This document shows, in pieces, positions 1 through 12,250 of a DNA stretch of 64,000 bases (within the stretch, counting starts at the first letter, position 1; each line of letters begins with the position of its first letter). The DNA is taken from assembly GCF_009914755.1 (NCBI RefSeq), contig NC_060930.1; one strand, written 5' to 3'. The translations under genes were made by a program, and so were the position numbers. The stretch comes from the human T2T-CHM13v2.0 reference genome, Homo sapiens. Under the pieces are notes generated by a model. That model saw only the letters and a list, made by a program, of their open reading frames with translations. It did not search any database and was not told where the DNA came from.

Positions 1-333
1 TTAAATAGTTTCTTCTAATTCTATGAAGAATGTCAATGGTAGTTTAATGAGAATAGCATTGAATCTATACATTTCTTTGGGCAGTATGGACATTTTCATG
101 ATATTGATTCTTCCTATGAAGCATGGAATGTTTCCATCTGTTTGTGTATTCTCTGATTTCCTTGACCAGTGGTCTGTAGTTCTTGAAGAGGTTCCTCACT
201 TTCCTTGTTGCTGTATTCCTAGGTATTTTATTCTCTTTGTGGCAATTGTGAATGGGAGTCATTCATGATTTGGCTCTCTGCTTGTCTGTTTTTGGTGTAT
301 AGGAATGCTTGTGATTTCTGTATATTGATTTTG
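1..333 (-). mobile_element. L1 (older L1PA) ORF2 segment, inverted 5' part of a twin-primed insertion; runs off the window start
   Basis: Minus-strand translation 65-262 resembles the L1 ORF2 region; orientation flips at ...ttgattt(tg)cacagcaaa. Confidence 0.9.
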
Positions 334-1300
334 CACAGCAAAATAAATTATCAGAGGAAACAGACAACCTATAGAATGGGAGAAAGTTTTTGAAATCTAT
401 CCATCTGACAAAGGTCTAATATCCAGAATGTACAAGGAACTTAAGCAAATTTACAAGAGAAAACAAATCAACCCCATTAAAAAGTGGGCAAAGGACATTA
501 ACAGACACTTCTCAAAAGGAGACATACATGCAGCCAAGAAACATATGACAAAAAGCTCAACATCACTGATCATTAGAGAAATGCAAATCAAAACCACAGT
601 GAGATGCCATGTCACACAGTCAGAATGGCAATTATTAAAAAGTCAAGAAACAACAGATGCTGGCAAGGTTGCAGAGAAATAGGAACACTTTTACACTGTT
701 GGTGGGAATGTAAATTAGTTCAACCATTGTGGAAGACAGTGTGGTGATTCCTCAAAGATTTAGAACTGGAAATACCATCTGATCCAGCAATCACATTGTT
801 GGGTGTATACCCAAATGAATGTAAATCATTCTATTGTAAATATACAAGCACATATATGTTCATTGCAGCACTATTCACAATAGCAAAGACATGAAATCAA
901 CCCAAAGGCCCATCAATGATAGACTGCATAAAGAAAATGTGGCACATATACACCATGGAATACTGTACAGCCATAAAAAGGAACAGGATCATGTTCTTTG
1001 CAGGGACATGGATGAAGCTAGAAGCCATTATCCTCAGAAAACTAAAGCAGGAACAGAAAACCAAACACTGCATGTTCCCAATAGGTGGGAGCTGAATAAG
1101 TACGCATGGACACAGGGAGGGGAACAACACACACTGGGGCTTGTGTGGGGAGTGCATCAGGAAAAATAGCTAATTCATGCCAGGCTTAATACCTAGGAGG
1201 TGAGGGATAGGTGCAGCAAACCACCATGGCACACATTTACCTATGTAACGAACCTGCACATCCTGCACATGTACCGTGGAACTTAAAAGTAAAAACAAAA
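332..1300 (+). mobile_element. L1PA (roughly L1PA8-16 age) ORF2 3' end, 3'UTR and A-rich tail
   Basis: ORF 428-682 [29 protein letters not shown] matches the ORF2 C-terminus; 3'UTR ends aacctgcacatcctgcacatgtacc...gaacttaaaagtaaaaacaaaa. Confidence 0.93.
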
Positions 1301-1379
1301 TCCACAGAGAAAAATGTCTTTCATTATAATCTCAAAGGATTACTTGACTCCTCCAAACAAATAAACTAGTGATTTGTGA

Positions 1380-1600
1380 CAGTAGGTGCAAGTTAACATC
1401 CTTTGGCCAAATCTATCCTTCAGATATGTTTTCTTTGGTTACAAAGTGTTTTAAGAGTTTTGCATTTATATACATTTTGTCTGACAATGCATTGTTCAAT
1501 TTAGCACAGCCCTTCACACTTTCTAGCTTTCAACGTCTGGCTTACTTTACACAAGAAAGTTCCCTGCCTCATTCCAGAGGCATTTGATTTGTAATTCCTG
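1380..1600 (+). mobile_element. Degraded hAT-Charlie MITE (MER102-like)
   Basis: ggccaaatctatccttcagatatgttttctttgg start and ggcatttgatttgtaattcctg end resemble recalled MER102 termini. Confidence 0.45.
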
Positions 1601-2527
1601 GGCAAGTGAATACTATGGGGATGGGGAGACAAGGAAATGTCCATAAGAACCTGGGGACAGGGTAAAGGAGACAAAAGTTTCAAAACAGAGTAGATAATTC
1701 AATGGTAAAATTAGGCAACTAAAACTCATAATTGGAATTATCACAGACTCTAAGCTAGGTTAGCCACCTTTTTACTTTCAGTGCTAACCCCTGCTAATCT
1801 TTTGGGGGTGTTAGCTGATGCTATATATCAAATCCAGTTGAGCTCATTAAATATAATTACACATAGAGAACATTTACTGCAGTCATGCAAATTATAAAGA
1901 TATACACACACCTGTGTTCTATAAATGATTTGTTTTATCTATAATATGGTGAAATTATGGTACATTGTAATGAAGAAATGCAAGGCTTTCCCTAATACTT
2001 TAGTCTCAGTTTTCGAACTAAAAAACCACTCTAGCTCTATCATACTTTTAATGTAATACTGTCAGTGATGTTGTATTTTAATATTTGCCACCTAGATAAA
2101 TGAAAATGGCTACAAATTATTATTTTAAATTGTCACAGATGTTTTCTGATTTATCTTTGGAGAAAGTTAATTTTTGTTTTTGGAAAAATTATTGTCTTTA
2201 TTATGCAGAATTACAGCCAAAATTCTTTTCTAAAATGGAAGCATTTAAATTAGTGAGGAGATAGATCACTTTGCATAATATATATTGTTATCTTCTTTCT
2301 TGCCGGGGTTTTATTTTAACAGATTATATCTAATTGGAAAAATCTGAACCAGATCCTGGAGGAGTCAGTGAGCAGGAGAAGGGCCTAAGCTGTACAAATG
2401 AGGAGCCAGGTCAACAGCCAATAGAAATGCCAGATAGCAACAACTTGTGTAAGGCCACGGACCATGGATAGGCAATACACAGCTTTTTGGTTTATTTTTG
2501 TCAGTGTAACACATTGCTACCATGCCA

Positions 2528-2566
<39 letters not shown>

Positions 2567-2705
2567 ACGTGTATATATGTGTGTATATATGTGTATGTGT
2601 GTGTGTATATATATACACACATATATACACACACATATATATGCACATATATAAATTGCTACAATGCCATATATATGCATATAAGTGTATATGTATACAC
2701 ACATG
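2528..2705. repeat. Compound (TG)n/(TA)n/(CA)n microsatellite
   Basis: Pure TG run at about 2534-2564, followed by alternating purine-pyrimidine sequence. Confidence 0.97.
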
Positions 2706-3124
2706 TTTACTTAAAGTAATTAAGACAGGGATATACATTCTTGGTGAAAACCCTACAAGTATGCATCCAGTAATTTCAGACTAGTTAACTTAGACCAATT
2801 TGTAAAATAAAATTTTGTTTTGAGAGTAAAATATGATTTTTCTTTTCTTGCAAAGTGTCGAAGCAAAGACTATGGATTGGAAATGCTCCACTCTTTGCTT
2901 AGAAGAGCAACCTATATAGGGTTTTGGGTGCTTGAGTTATGGAAAATTAGAGGCTATGTTCATTTTCATTTGTTCTTATGAGGAAAAATAAAGGGGAGAA
3001 TTTTGAGACTGGATTTTAGCAAGATGTGTCTGTGGCTAAAAGTTTATCGAGATGGTACTTGAATGGATAAGAGAATTTCACTGGGCATGGGGCAACTTTC
3101 TAGGGGCCTTAACAAACCATTTGT

Positions 3125-3520
3125 TCAGGGATTCACAAGACTGAAATCAAGATATCAGCCAGCTATATGCTCATCTGGACACAACTAGAGAAAGGACACT
3201 TCCAAGCTCCCTCAAGTTGGCATTATTCAGTTTCTTGTTTTTGTTGTACTAATGTCCCTGTTTTCTTTGTGGCTGTCAGAGACTGCTGTCAACTCCTAGG
3301 AGATGCCCTTAGGGCCCTTGTCACATGGTCTTTCTACAGGCAGTTCACAGTGTGGAAACTGGCTTCTTCAAGGCCAGCAAGAGAAAATTTCTTGTGCTGA
3401 ATTTCTTTCTTCAGGAAGAACCTAGTCTCTTTTAATGGTTCATCTAATGATTTCGTGCCCACCCAGGATAATCTGTCTTCTGAGTGGCTGAAAATCAACT
3501 AATTTGGAACCTATGGCCTT
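3125..3520 (-). mobile_element. MLT1-family MaLR LTR fragment
   Basis: Motifs cacaagactgaaatcaag, cttccaagctc and cccacccaggataatct are typical of reverse-strand MLT1. Confidence 0.7.
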
Positions 3521-3921
3521 CTAACTGACAAGTCAGTCTAACTTAGTAAGTCAAAAGAAAAAAATGGTTAATGAAATACAATGAACAATACAACTTTTTT
3601 GTTCTAACCCTTCAAAATACTTTTAAAAATAATATAAAGAGTATTTCTACTATAGCTATCACTCAAGTGTTACAGTGGGATATAATAATTATCATGCTAA
3701 TCAATTTACTTCTAAAAGGGGGAACATTCCACTTAAACTTGAATTGAATGGCAACATACTTATACATTGTATTTATGCAATGTAAAAATTAAAGCCACTA
3801 CTTAATGGTTACTAATCAGTGACCAATAAAATAGTATTCAGGGCAAAGAAACTGAATTAAGTAAAAACATATGACCGTTAGTGACTCAAAAAGATAATAT
3901 TCATCAGTTACGTAACCATGT

Positions 3922-4618
<697 letters not shown>

Positions 4619-4964
4619 CATGTACGTAATAAATGCAGAGGAGAATGTTAGGGTAAGGAGCTTGTATAATTTTGCCTTGCCTGTCTCAACAGTTGAGACA
4701 TTTTTGAAAGTGTTTCTAACCTTGACGCTATTTTATAAAGATATATTTTCTTTTCTAGATTTCAATTTTTTCTTTTATTTCCTTGAGTATACTTTATTCC
4801 TCAAACTCTGTAACAATTCCTATGTTCCAGGATTCCAGTCTCTGATTTCCCCTTTTGCCTTCAACTGTTTTACTGGCAATTCCACCTATTTCTACATCTC
4901 CATTTGCCCAATCAATTACTCATTATCTCACCAGTTCACCTCTTCACCAGATCTGCTCGTGTCA

Positions 4965-5211
4965 TGAGGCACTGTAAGCTTTGAGACCCACACTACTGGG
5001 GGCACTCAACCAGATTTAGTGCATATGTAAGATTAAATGACAAAGAGGAATTGAGCTTGCAGATAGAGTTAAAATTACTAATCAAATGAAATGACCTTAA
5101 TATAGGGATACTATTCTGGATTATGTGGGTGGGCCCAATGTAAACACAAGGGGCTTTAAGGTATAAGAGGAAGATGAAGGAAGAGAGATAAATTGATACA
5201 GAGAACTATAG
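4965..5211 (+). mobile_element. MLT1 (D/E-like) LTR, 5' half
   Basis: ttgcagat...gacctta...ctggattatgtgggtgggcccaatgtaa; continues at 6965. Confidence 0.75.
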
Positions 5212-6838
5212 AGAAGGAATCAGAGCAAGATGGCTGGATAGGAGCCTGCAGCTATCATCTCCCCAGCGAGAACACCAAATCGAACAACTATCTACACAAG
5301 AAAGCACCTTCATGAGAACCACAAATCAGCTTGGGTACCAAGTTGGTTACAGTGGAACAGAGCAACAAGAAGGCTTCTGGGGTCCCTGATTCCAGGCCCT
5401 GGCTCCTGGATGGCAGTTTTGCACTTACCCTGAGCCAGAGGGGAGCCTACTGTCCTGAAAGGAGAGGCTTGAGACTGGCCACATTCACCAAAGCAGATTG
5501 AAGACCCCTTAGGCCTTGAGTGAACATCAGTGGTGGCTCCTGAATGACAAATGAGTCAATGAAGAAATTAAGAAATTAATTTATTGAAACAAATGAAAAT
5601 ATAAACATGACTTACTGATACCTATGTAATACAGTGAAAGCATCAGTAAGAGGAAAGTTTATAGCAATAAGCACCTACATCAAAAAAGCAGAAAAACGTC
5701 AAATAAACAGAGTAATGCTGCATATTACACAACTTAAATAGCAAGAGCAACCTAAACCCAAAATTAATATAGCAAAAAATATAATGAAGATCAGAGCAGA
5801 AATAAATGAAATTGAAATAAAAAAACACTTAAATGAAAAGTGGTTACTTTGAAAAGATAAAATTGACAAACCTTTAGCTTGACTAAGAAAAAAAGAGAAC
5901 TAAATAAAATCAAAGATGAAAAAGGAGGGATTACAATTGATTCCACAGAAATTCAAAGGATCATTAGTGACTATGAGCAACTATTTGCCAATACATTGGA
6001 AAACCTAGAAGAAATGGATAAATTCTTAGACACATACAGCTTACCAAAAGTGAACTCTCATACACTGCTGGTGGGAATGTAAATTAGTAAAACCATTATG
6101 GAGAAGAGTTTGGAGGTTCTTAAAAAAAACTAAGATCCGTATGATCCAGCAATCCCACTACTAAGTATACACTCAAAAGAAAGGAAATCATTATATTGAA
6201 GAGATAACTGCACTCCCGTGTTTATTGCAGCACTATTCACAATAGCCAAGATTTGGAAGGAAGCTAAGTGTTCATCAGCAGATGAGTGGATAAAGAAAAT
6301 GTGGTACATATACATAGTGTAGTACTATTCGGCCATAAAAAAGAATGAGATCCTGTCATATGCAACAACATGGATAGAACTGAAGGTCCTTATATTAAGT
6401 GAAATAAGCCAGGTACAGCAATACAAACCTCACATGTTCTCACTTATTTGTGGGAGTTAAAAAATTCTAAGCAATTGAAATCATGGAGATGAAGAGTAGA
6501 ATGATGATTACTATAGGCTGGGAAGGGTAGTGAGGAGATGGGAAGGTAGGGGACAGTTGGAATGGTTAATGGGTACAAAAATATAGTTAGAAAGAATAAG
6601 ATCTAGCATTTGATAGCACAACAGAATGACTACAGTCAACAATAATTTGTTGTGCATTTTAAAATGATGAAAAGATTATTGCATTTTTTGTAACACGAAG
6701 AAAGGATAAATGCTTGAGGTAATGGATACCACATTTATGATGTGATTATTACACATTGTATGCCTGTACCGAAATATGTACCCCATAAATATATACAATT
6801 ACTCTGTACCCACAAAAATTAAAAAAATAAAAAATAAA
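5212..6838 (+). mobile_element. L1MA (L1MA3-like) element with intact 5' and 3' ends and three large internal deletions
   Basis: 5' end gagcaagatggctggatag; ORF2 piece 5536-6055 ([44 protein letters not shown]); ORF2 end and L1MA 3'UTR ending cccacaaaaattaaaaaaataaaaaataaa. Confidence 0.88.
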
Positions 6839-6952
6839 GTTAGATTGTGGTGATGGTGTCACAACCACGTGGATATACAAAACACAAGGAATCATATAGT
6901 TAAATGTGTGAATTATATGGTATATAACTGATAATAAAGCTCTTTTAAAAAA
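6839..6952 (+). mobile_element. Older L1 (L1MB/ME-like) extreme 3' tail fragment
   Basis: ttagattgtggtgatggtgtcacaac...tgtgaattatatggtat...aataaagct. Confidence 0.7.
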
Positions 6953-6964
6953 TCTTTTGATAAA

Positions 6965-7234
6965 ATAGAGCTATAGTGAGACTCAATGTTGTGGGCTTTG
7001 AAGAAGGAAGGTGTGTCTATGTGCTAAGGAATGTACTCATTCTCCAGAAGCTAGAAAAGTCAAGGAAAGATTCTTTACTAGAGTCTCCAGGAGGCAACCT
7101 AGTCTGCTGATACCTTGACTTTAGCCCAGTGATACTTGTGCTAGACTTCTGAAAAACAAAACTGTAAGGTAATTGTGTTGTTTTAAGCTACTAAGTTCGT
7201 GGTCATTTATTATGGCACAATAGAAGACTAATAA
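6965..7234 (+). mobile_element. MLT1 (D/E-like) LTR, 3' half
   Basis: ggctttgaaga...agaagctagaaaagtcaaggaa...tgtgttgttttaagctactaagtt...actaata. Confidence 0.8.
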
Positions 7235-9750
7235 ACTCCCCTTGCGGTTCTGCCCTTTTTGCTCCCATTGATCCTTCCTGGCTCTGGCCAACGTTGGTTT
7301 CTCTTCCATGTTTCCCTCCAGTTATTCTTCCAGTTATTGTCTACAATTATTGCTTCCAGTTATTCTTGTCTACAATCAGCAAACTTACCTTCTCTAATTC
7401 TTTTCTTTATTTCATCTCCTTATTTTAAATGATTCTGAATTACCAATGCTTAGGTTAAACCAAAGACTAATTACTGACTATATAAGCTTTTTACAACAAT
7501 TCTTTCATGTGACTGAATATGCATCCAGATTTCAGAATAACTGCTCTGTCTGAAAACTGGGTCTCCCCTCAATACTATTTTTAAAGTCTTCTTCCTTTGG
7601 AAGCTCTTTCTGAAGTAACAGGAGCTGTTAATATTTTGGTAATTAAGTATTGCTGCTTCCAAAACATTTTAAAAAATAATTTCTTCAGTGAAGCTGATGT
7701 CAGTATGCTTTATGTCTTTTTTTCCTCTTTACTCTTTTGCTGTCTTCTATTTCTAGGTCCTTACCTAAATTAATATCAATTTTGAAACCTATAATTTTCT
7801 TTTCATTCTAACTCCTGGCATAATTCTAAGATACTTCAATATTACCACCTGAGGAATATATTATTCTCCCTTTATTAATCAAGGCTGCCAGGGAATGATT
7901 CTCAAACAGGGAAGGGAAGAGTATATCGAGATTAATCATTGTAGACATTGCTTCGTGGTCCTCTGGGCAGCCAAAGTGGTGGAAAAAAATGATTGTTCTG
8001 TATTTTTGATCACCATTTCCTTCCTATCAATTATGTGCTCTTTATCTTTTGCCATGATTTTGTTATTTCACCCTTCATCCTGAAAACAGTATGTTCTTTA
8101 GATCACTGGCATTCCCTGTTCCATAGACCACGTGTGTATTCTCAGAAGGTTCAGTAACTCATGGAGTGGCATTACATTTTATTTCATCTAAAGTTTCTTT
8201 TTTGGTGTAGTCAAAGGCATATTCTACATTTCTATAGGAGCTGCCGTTCAGATTCAGAGAAGCGATTGCCCAAGTTGAGGTAAGATTCAGCAATTCCAGG
8301 AGAAAGCAGGTCAGGGAAGAGGGACATAGTCCATAGGTTTCTGAGCACTGTTGCTGCACATGTTGGTTTAACAACATGCAACCTCCAAAGTCTCATTCAT
8401 GGTCAGCTGGGTCAATAGTTGCTGCAATGAAAATCTTCCATCTCTATTATTTCCAGATTTTTCTCCATTTACCTAAAGAAATTTTCCATTAGTTCACAAA
8501 GGTGGCCAGCTTTTCTGGATATGACTTAAACACACTTTGACAATCCAAATTAAAAAAAAATGCTCTTGACCTCTAAGCTTTCTTTACGTGTGGCTCCATG
8601 CTTGCCATCTCTTTTTAGGCTAGGCTTTCCATCTATCCTCCACTTCTATTCATTTATTTTAAAGATATTTAAATAATTTGTCATAATACAGAACTGTTGT
8701 GTCAGCCTGGGGCTTGTGTTCTTAACTGACATCTTTTTATTTATTCAACTTTGCTCTGTATCTTAAGAACAAGAAAATGTTTTTGTTTGTGGTATGTGGA
8801 TGACACTTTGTTTATGCAAGAGTTTCCTAATTGTGAAAGCTTTCTCTTCTCATTTAATTTTTTGTTTTATTGTGACAAGGCTTGGACACCTTCTATTACT
8901 GGGACATCATTTTCTCAGAATTCCAAGGAACATTAACTGAGAAGATGATGTAACACAAAAAATGATCTTTTAAAAATATATTAGATAAAGATTGAAAAAC
9001 TAGTCATAGATTGTTCAGTCATCCAGGGCTGTACAGATATGAGACCAATGTGAAACTATAAGGTGATTGTATGAATTAGTAAAACAGTACACTGACCTTG
9101 AGGGTTAAGTCAAAAGGAGTGTAAAGGAGATGGATAAATCTCAACCACACAAAGATTTTGAGCCAAGCCATACTAATTAAAATAGTTGCTACTAGAGAGA
9201 ATATGAAACACTGTATGAGACATATGGAGTGAGCAGTTTCTCCATGAAATTAACTGAAAGCTCTTTGGTGAGAAAAGCTGATTCTAGATATGTAAAGCTG
9301 TTTTGCAGATGTTATATTAAAATTCTAGCATCCCCATTTGAGCAGCTGCTAATTTGCCTTTGACATAATAAATGCAGTCCTTCAAAACTTATATTCAACT
9401 TATAGGTGCTGCTGACAAGTACAATTACCCACAAGTTGTTAGGATTCTTAGTTCCCATAAATGGGCATTGACAGTGTTGCAAGTTAGTTTTGCAGTGTTT
9501 CAGACCCGGAGATATTATGTTTGGTGTGCAAAATTTATATTGAATGCTTTGCAAGTGAATTTGCTAAGCGTTAGTTCCATGCCATGAAACTCACCAGGTT
9601 TCCATGCAACACAGAAGTATAAAGAAATTATTAATGTATTGGCCAACAATAATAAAGATTAACAACAACAAACAACAAAAAAACAATGAGTTCACTAAGA
9701 AGATCAGGTAATAGGAAATATTAACACAATTATAATTTACAGATATTTTC

Positions 9751-10317
9751 TTTTTTATGTTTATCTTTTAAACTTATTATTGTTATCGTTTCCTTCAGTA
9801 CACACTAGTTTGGTGAGACTTGGAGAAAGGCCAGGAATAAGCCCCAATTCAAGAAACAATTCCAGGATTAACAGATACGTGGATAATAGAGAATTGACAA
9901 AAGATCATGCCTATTTTACCAATGAGAAACTGGTTGGTTAACTTGGGTTGCAAACTGAAAACAGATTTATACTAAAATGGCAGGTGTCTCCAGATCTTAA
10001 ATGCAGATCTCTATCTCTGAGCTAATCTGCCTCTAATCTTCAGTGGCATTCCTCTGAATTTTTCTCCCTCAAATAATCTATACATTATTAAATTTTGTTT
10101 ATACTGCCATTTTAAGAAACACGTTTTAAAACTTTAAACATGGGAAATTTTTTCTTTCTTTTTTTTATTATACTTTAAGTTGTAGGGTACATGTGCACAT
10201 TGTACAGGTTTGTTACATATGTATCCATGTGCCATGTTGGTGTGCTGCACCCATTAACTCATCACTTATATTAGGTATGTCTCCTAATGCTATCCCTCCC
10301 CCATCCCCCCACCCCAC
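9751..10317 (-). mobile_element. 5'-truncated L1PA (L1PA3-5-like, 10148-10317) carrying a 3'-transduced non-L1 segment (about 9757-10147)
   Basis: Perfect 17-bp direct repeat aatttacagatattttc at 9734-9750 and 10318-10334; two T-tracts (9751-9756 and 10148-10166); L1 3'UTR sequence. Confidence 0.9.
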
Positions 10318-11376
10318 AATTTACAGATATTTTCAAGGAAAATATCATGTTTTCTCCCTATAGTTAGTATTTTTTACTTACAATCCTGACATATGTAACA
10401 TAGTTGTTAAGAAACATGTTCACACCCAGGTTAACATTTACTATTCTGTTATTTTCTAATTATATTTGTCTTTTCCTACAACTTCTCATATTAATGAATT
10501 AAGAAAACAAATTTCTATCTGTAGCAATTACATAAATTTCCTGTAAATAAGTGCTAGTAAAAAGTAAAAACAAAAATAGGGAAAATCATGGAATAATAAA
10601 GTAACTGTCTTGTGGATACCAGATTTTCATTAAGCCTATTTCAGCAAAAAGGGACTACTAATGGGGTTTTTTCATGGTTGTAAAATATTTAGTCAACATT
10701 GAGGAAAATACTCTTCCAAAACTAGGTTTTCTTATATCCTAGATATACTACTCTTTTGTTTGAGATACAACATTAAAGAAAAACAAAACAAAAAACTTAT
10801 AAACAGTTTTAGGAGGTATAATTGGTATTCAAGGATAATATGAAATTGGCCTATTTGATCTGCCAAGTAGGCCAAGTGAATCAAGTGAATTGCCCATATT
10901 ACTACCCAACATGGGTCAAGTGAGAGCTTGCTTTATTGTTTTCTATATGTGGTTCTCAATATAATGTTTCTGACTATAGCAGCTTTGAGGACAATATAAT
11001 TATCTCATCCTTTGGGAGATAGTGCCTACAAGAAAAAGTGTAATCCAGATATGTGATTACTATATATATATATTTTTTCTTTTGCAATTACCTGTGGAAG
11101 CATTTGTTTTAGAAAAAAAGAGCTCACCAGGAGCTCATGAATTTAGATTTTTAATATCTAATGTTGAAAGTTCTTTAATAATTTCGTTTACCTGGTATCT
11201 ACATGTATTGGCATCTAAACTGTCTTAAACATTTTTAGGTCCATTTTTATTAAGGGAAGCTCAAAGTGTAGATATTACTGAGATTAATATAGTCCTTTAA
11301 AATGCTGTCATAGGAAGATATTACAGAAAATAAGCACATACCATTTCATGCTCTTTAAACAGGCACAATTTTAGGG

Positions 11377-11378
<2 letters not shown>

Positions 11379-11410
<32 letters not shown>
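11379..11410. repeat. (TG)/(TA)n microsatellite
   Basis: atgtgtgtatatatatatatatatatatat. Confidence 0.9.
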
Positions 11411-11708
11411 GACTTATGCTAAGCTCCATGAATACAGGTACTTTGCCCTTGTGCTCACCACTGAATACTTAGAGCTTATAGAACTTGACAAATTTAGATT
11501 TTCTGACATGGCATTGGTTTTCATTGAATTTTTAGGAAATGCATTCACCATCTCAAGACTTTTTGTCATGCGTTTTGGAAACTCCGTCCAGCATAAATAC
11601 AAATTAACATTTCACTGAAGTATTTGTTTTATTGTCTTAATTAGACTCTGCCACAAGGGAAGCCTTTTATTTGAAGATGCTCCTAAAGGAGTGGATGGTT
11701 TTCCTGTT

Positions 11709-12250
11709 TGTCGTAGTTAATATTTAGCGTCAACTTGATTGAAGAATGCAAAGTATTGTTCCTGGGTGTGTCTGTGAAGGTGTTGCCAAAGGAGATTAAC
11801 ACTTGAGTCAGTGGACTGGGAGAAGAAGACCCACTCTCAATCTGGGTGGGCACCATCTAATCAGCTGCCAGTGTGGCTAAAATAAAAGACAGAGGAACAT
11901 GGAAGGACTAGACTTGCTGAGTCCTCCAGTCTTCATCTTTCTTCTGTGCTGGATGCTTCCTGCCCTCAAACACTGGACTCCAAGTTCTTCAGCTTTTGGA
12001 CTCTTGGACTTACACCACTGATTTTCCAAGGGCTCTTGGGTCTGTGGCCACAGATTGAGGGCTGCACCATTGCCTTCCCTACTTTTGAGGTTTTGGGACT
12101 TGGACTGGCTTCCTTGCTCCTCAGCTTGCAGACAGCCTATTGTGGGACTTCACTTTGTGATTGTGTGAGTCAGTACTCCTTAATAAACTCCCATTCATAC
12201 ATACATCTATACTATTAGTTCTGTCTCTCTAAAGAACCTTGACTAATACA
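11709..12250 (+). mobile_element. MLT2A (ERVL) solo LTR
   Basis: tgtcgtagttaatatt...gtcaacttgattg...gactaataca; flanks ctgtt/ccatt compatible with an ancestral ccgtt TSD. Confidence 0.92.

Noticed and set aside
2365-2784. Five overlapping ORFs rich in C/V/Y/H/T
   Set aside because: Artefact of dinucleotide repeats lacking stop codons
9757-10147. Processed pseudogene
   Set aside because: No ORF, and it lies 3' of the L1 poly-A within the same TSD, which fits a transduction
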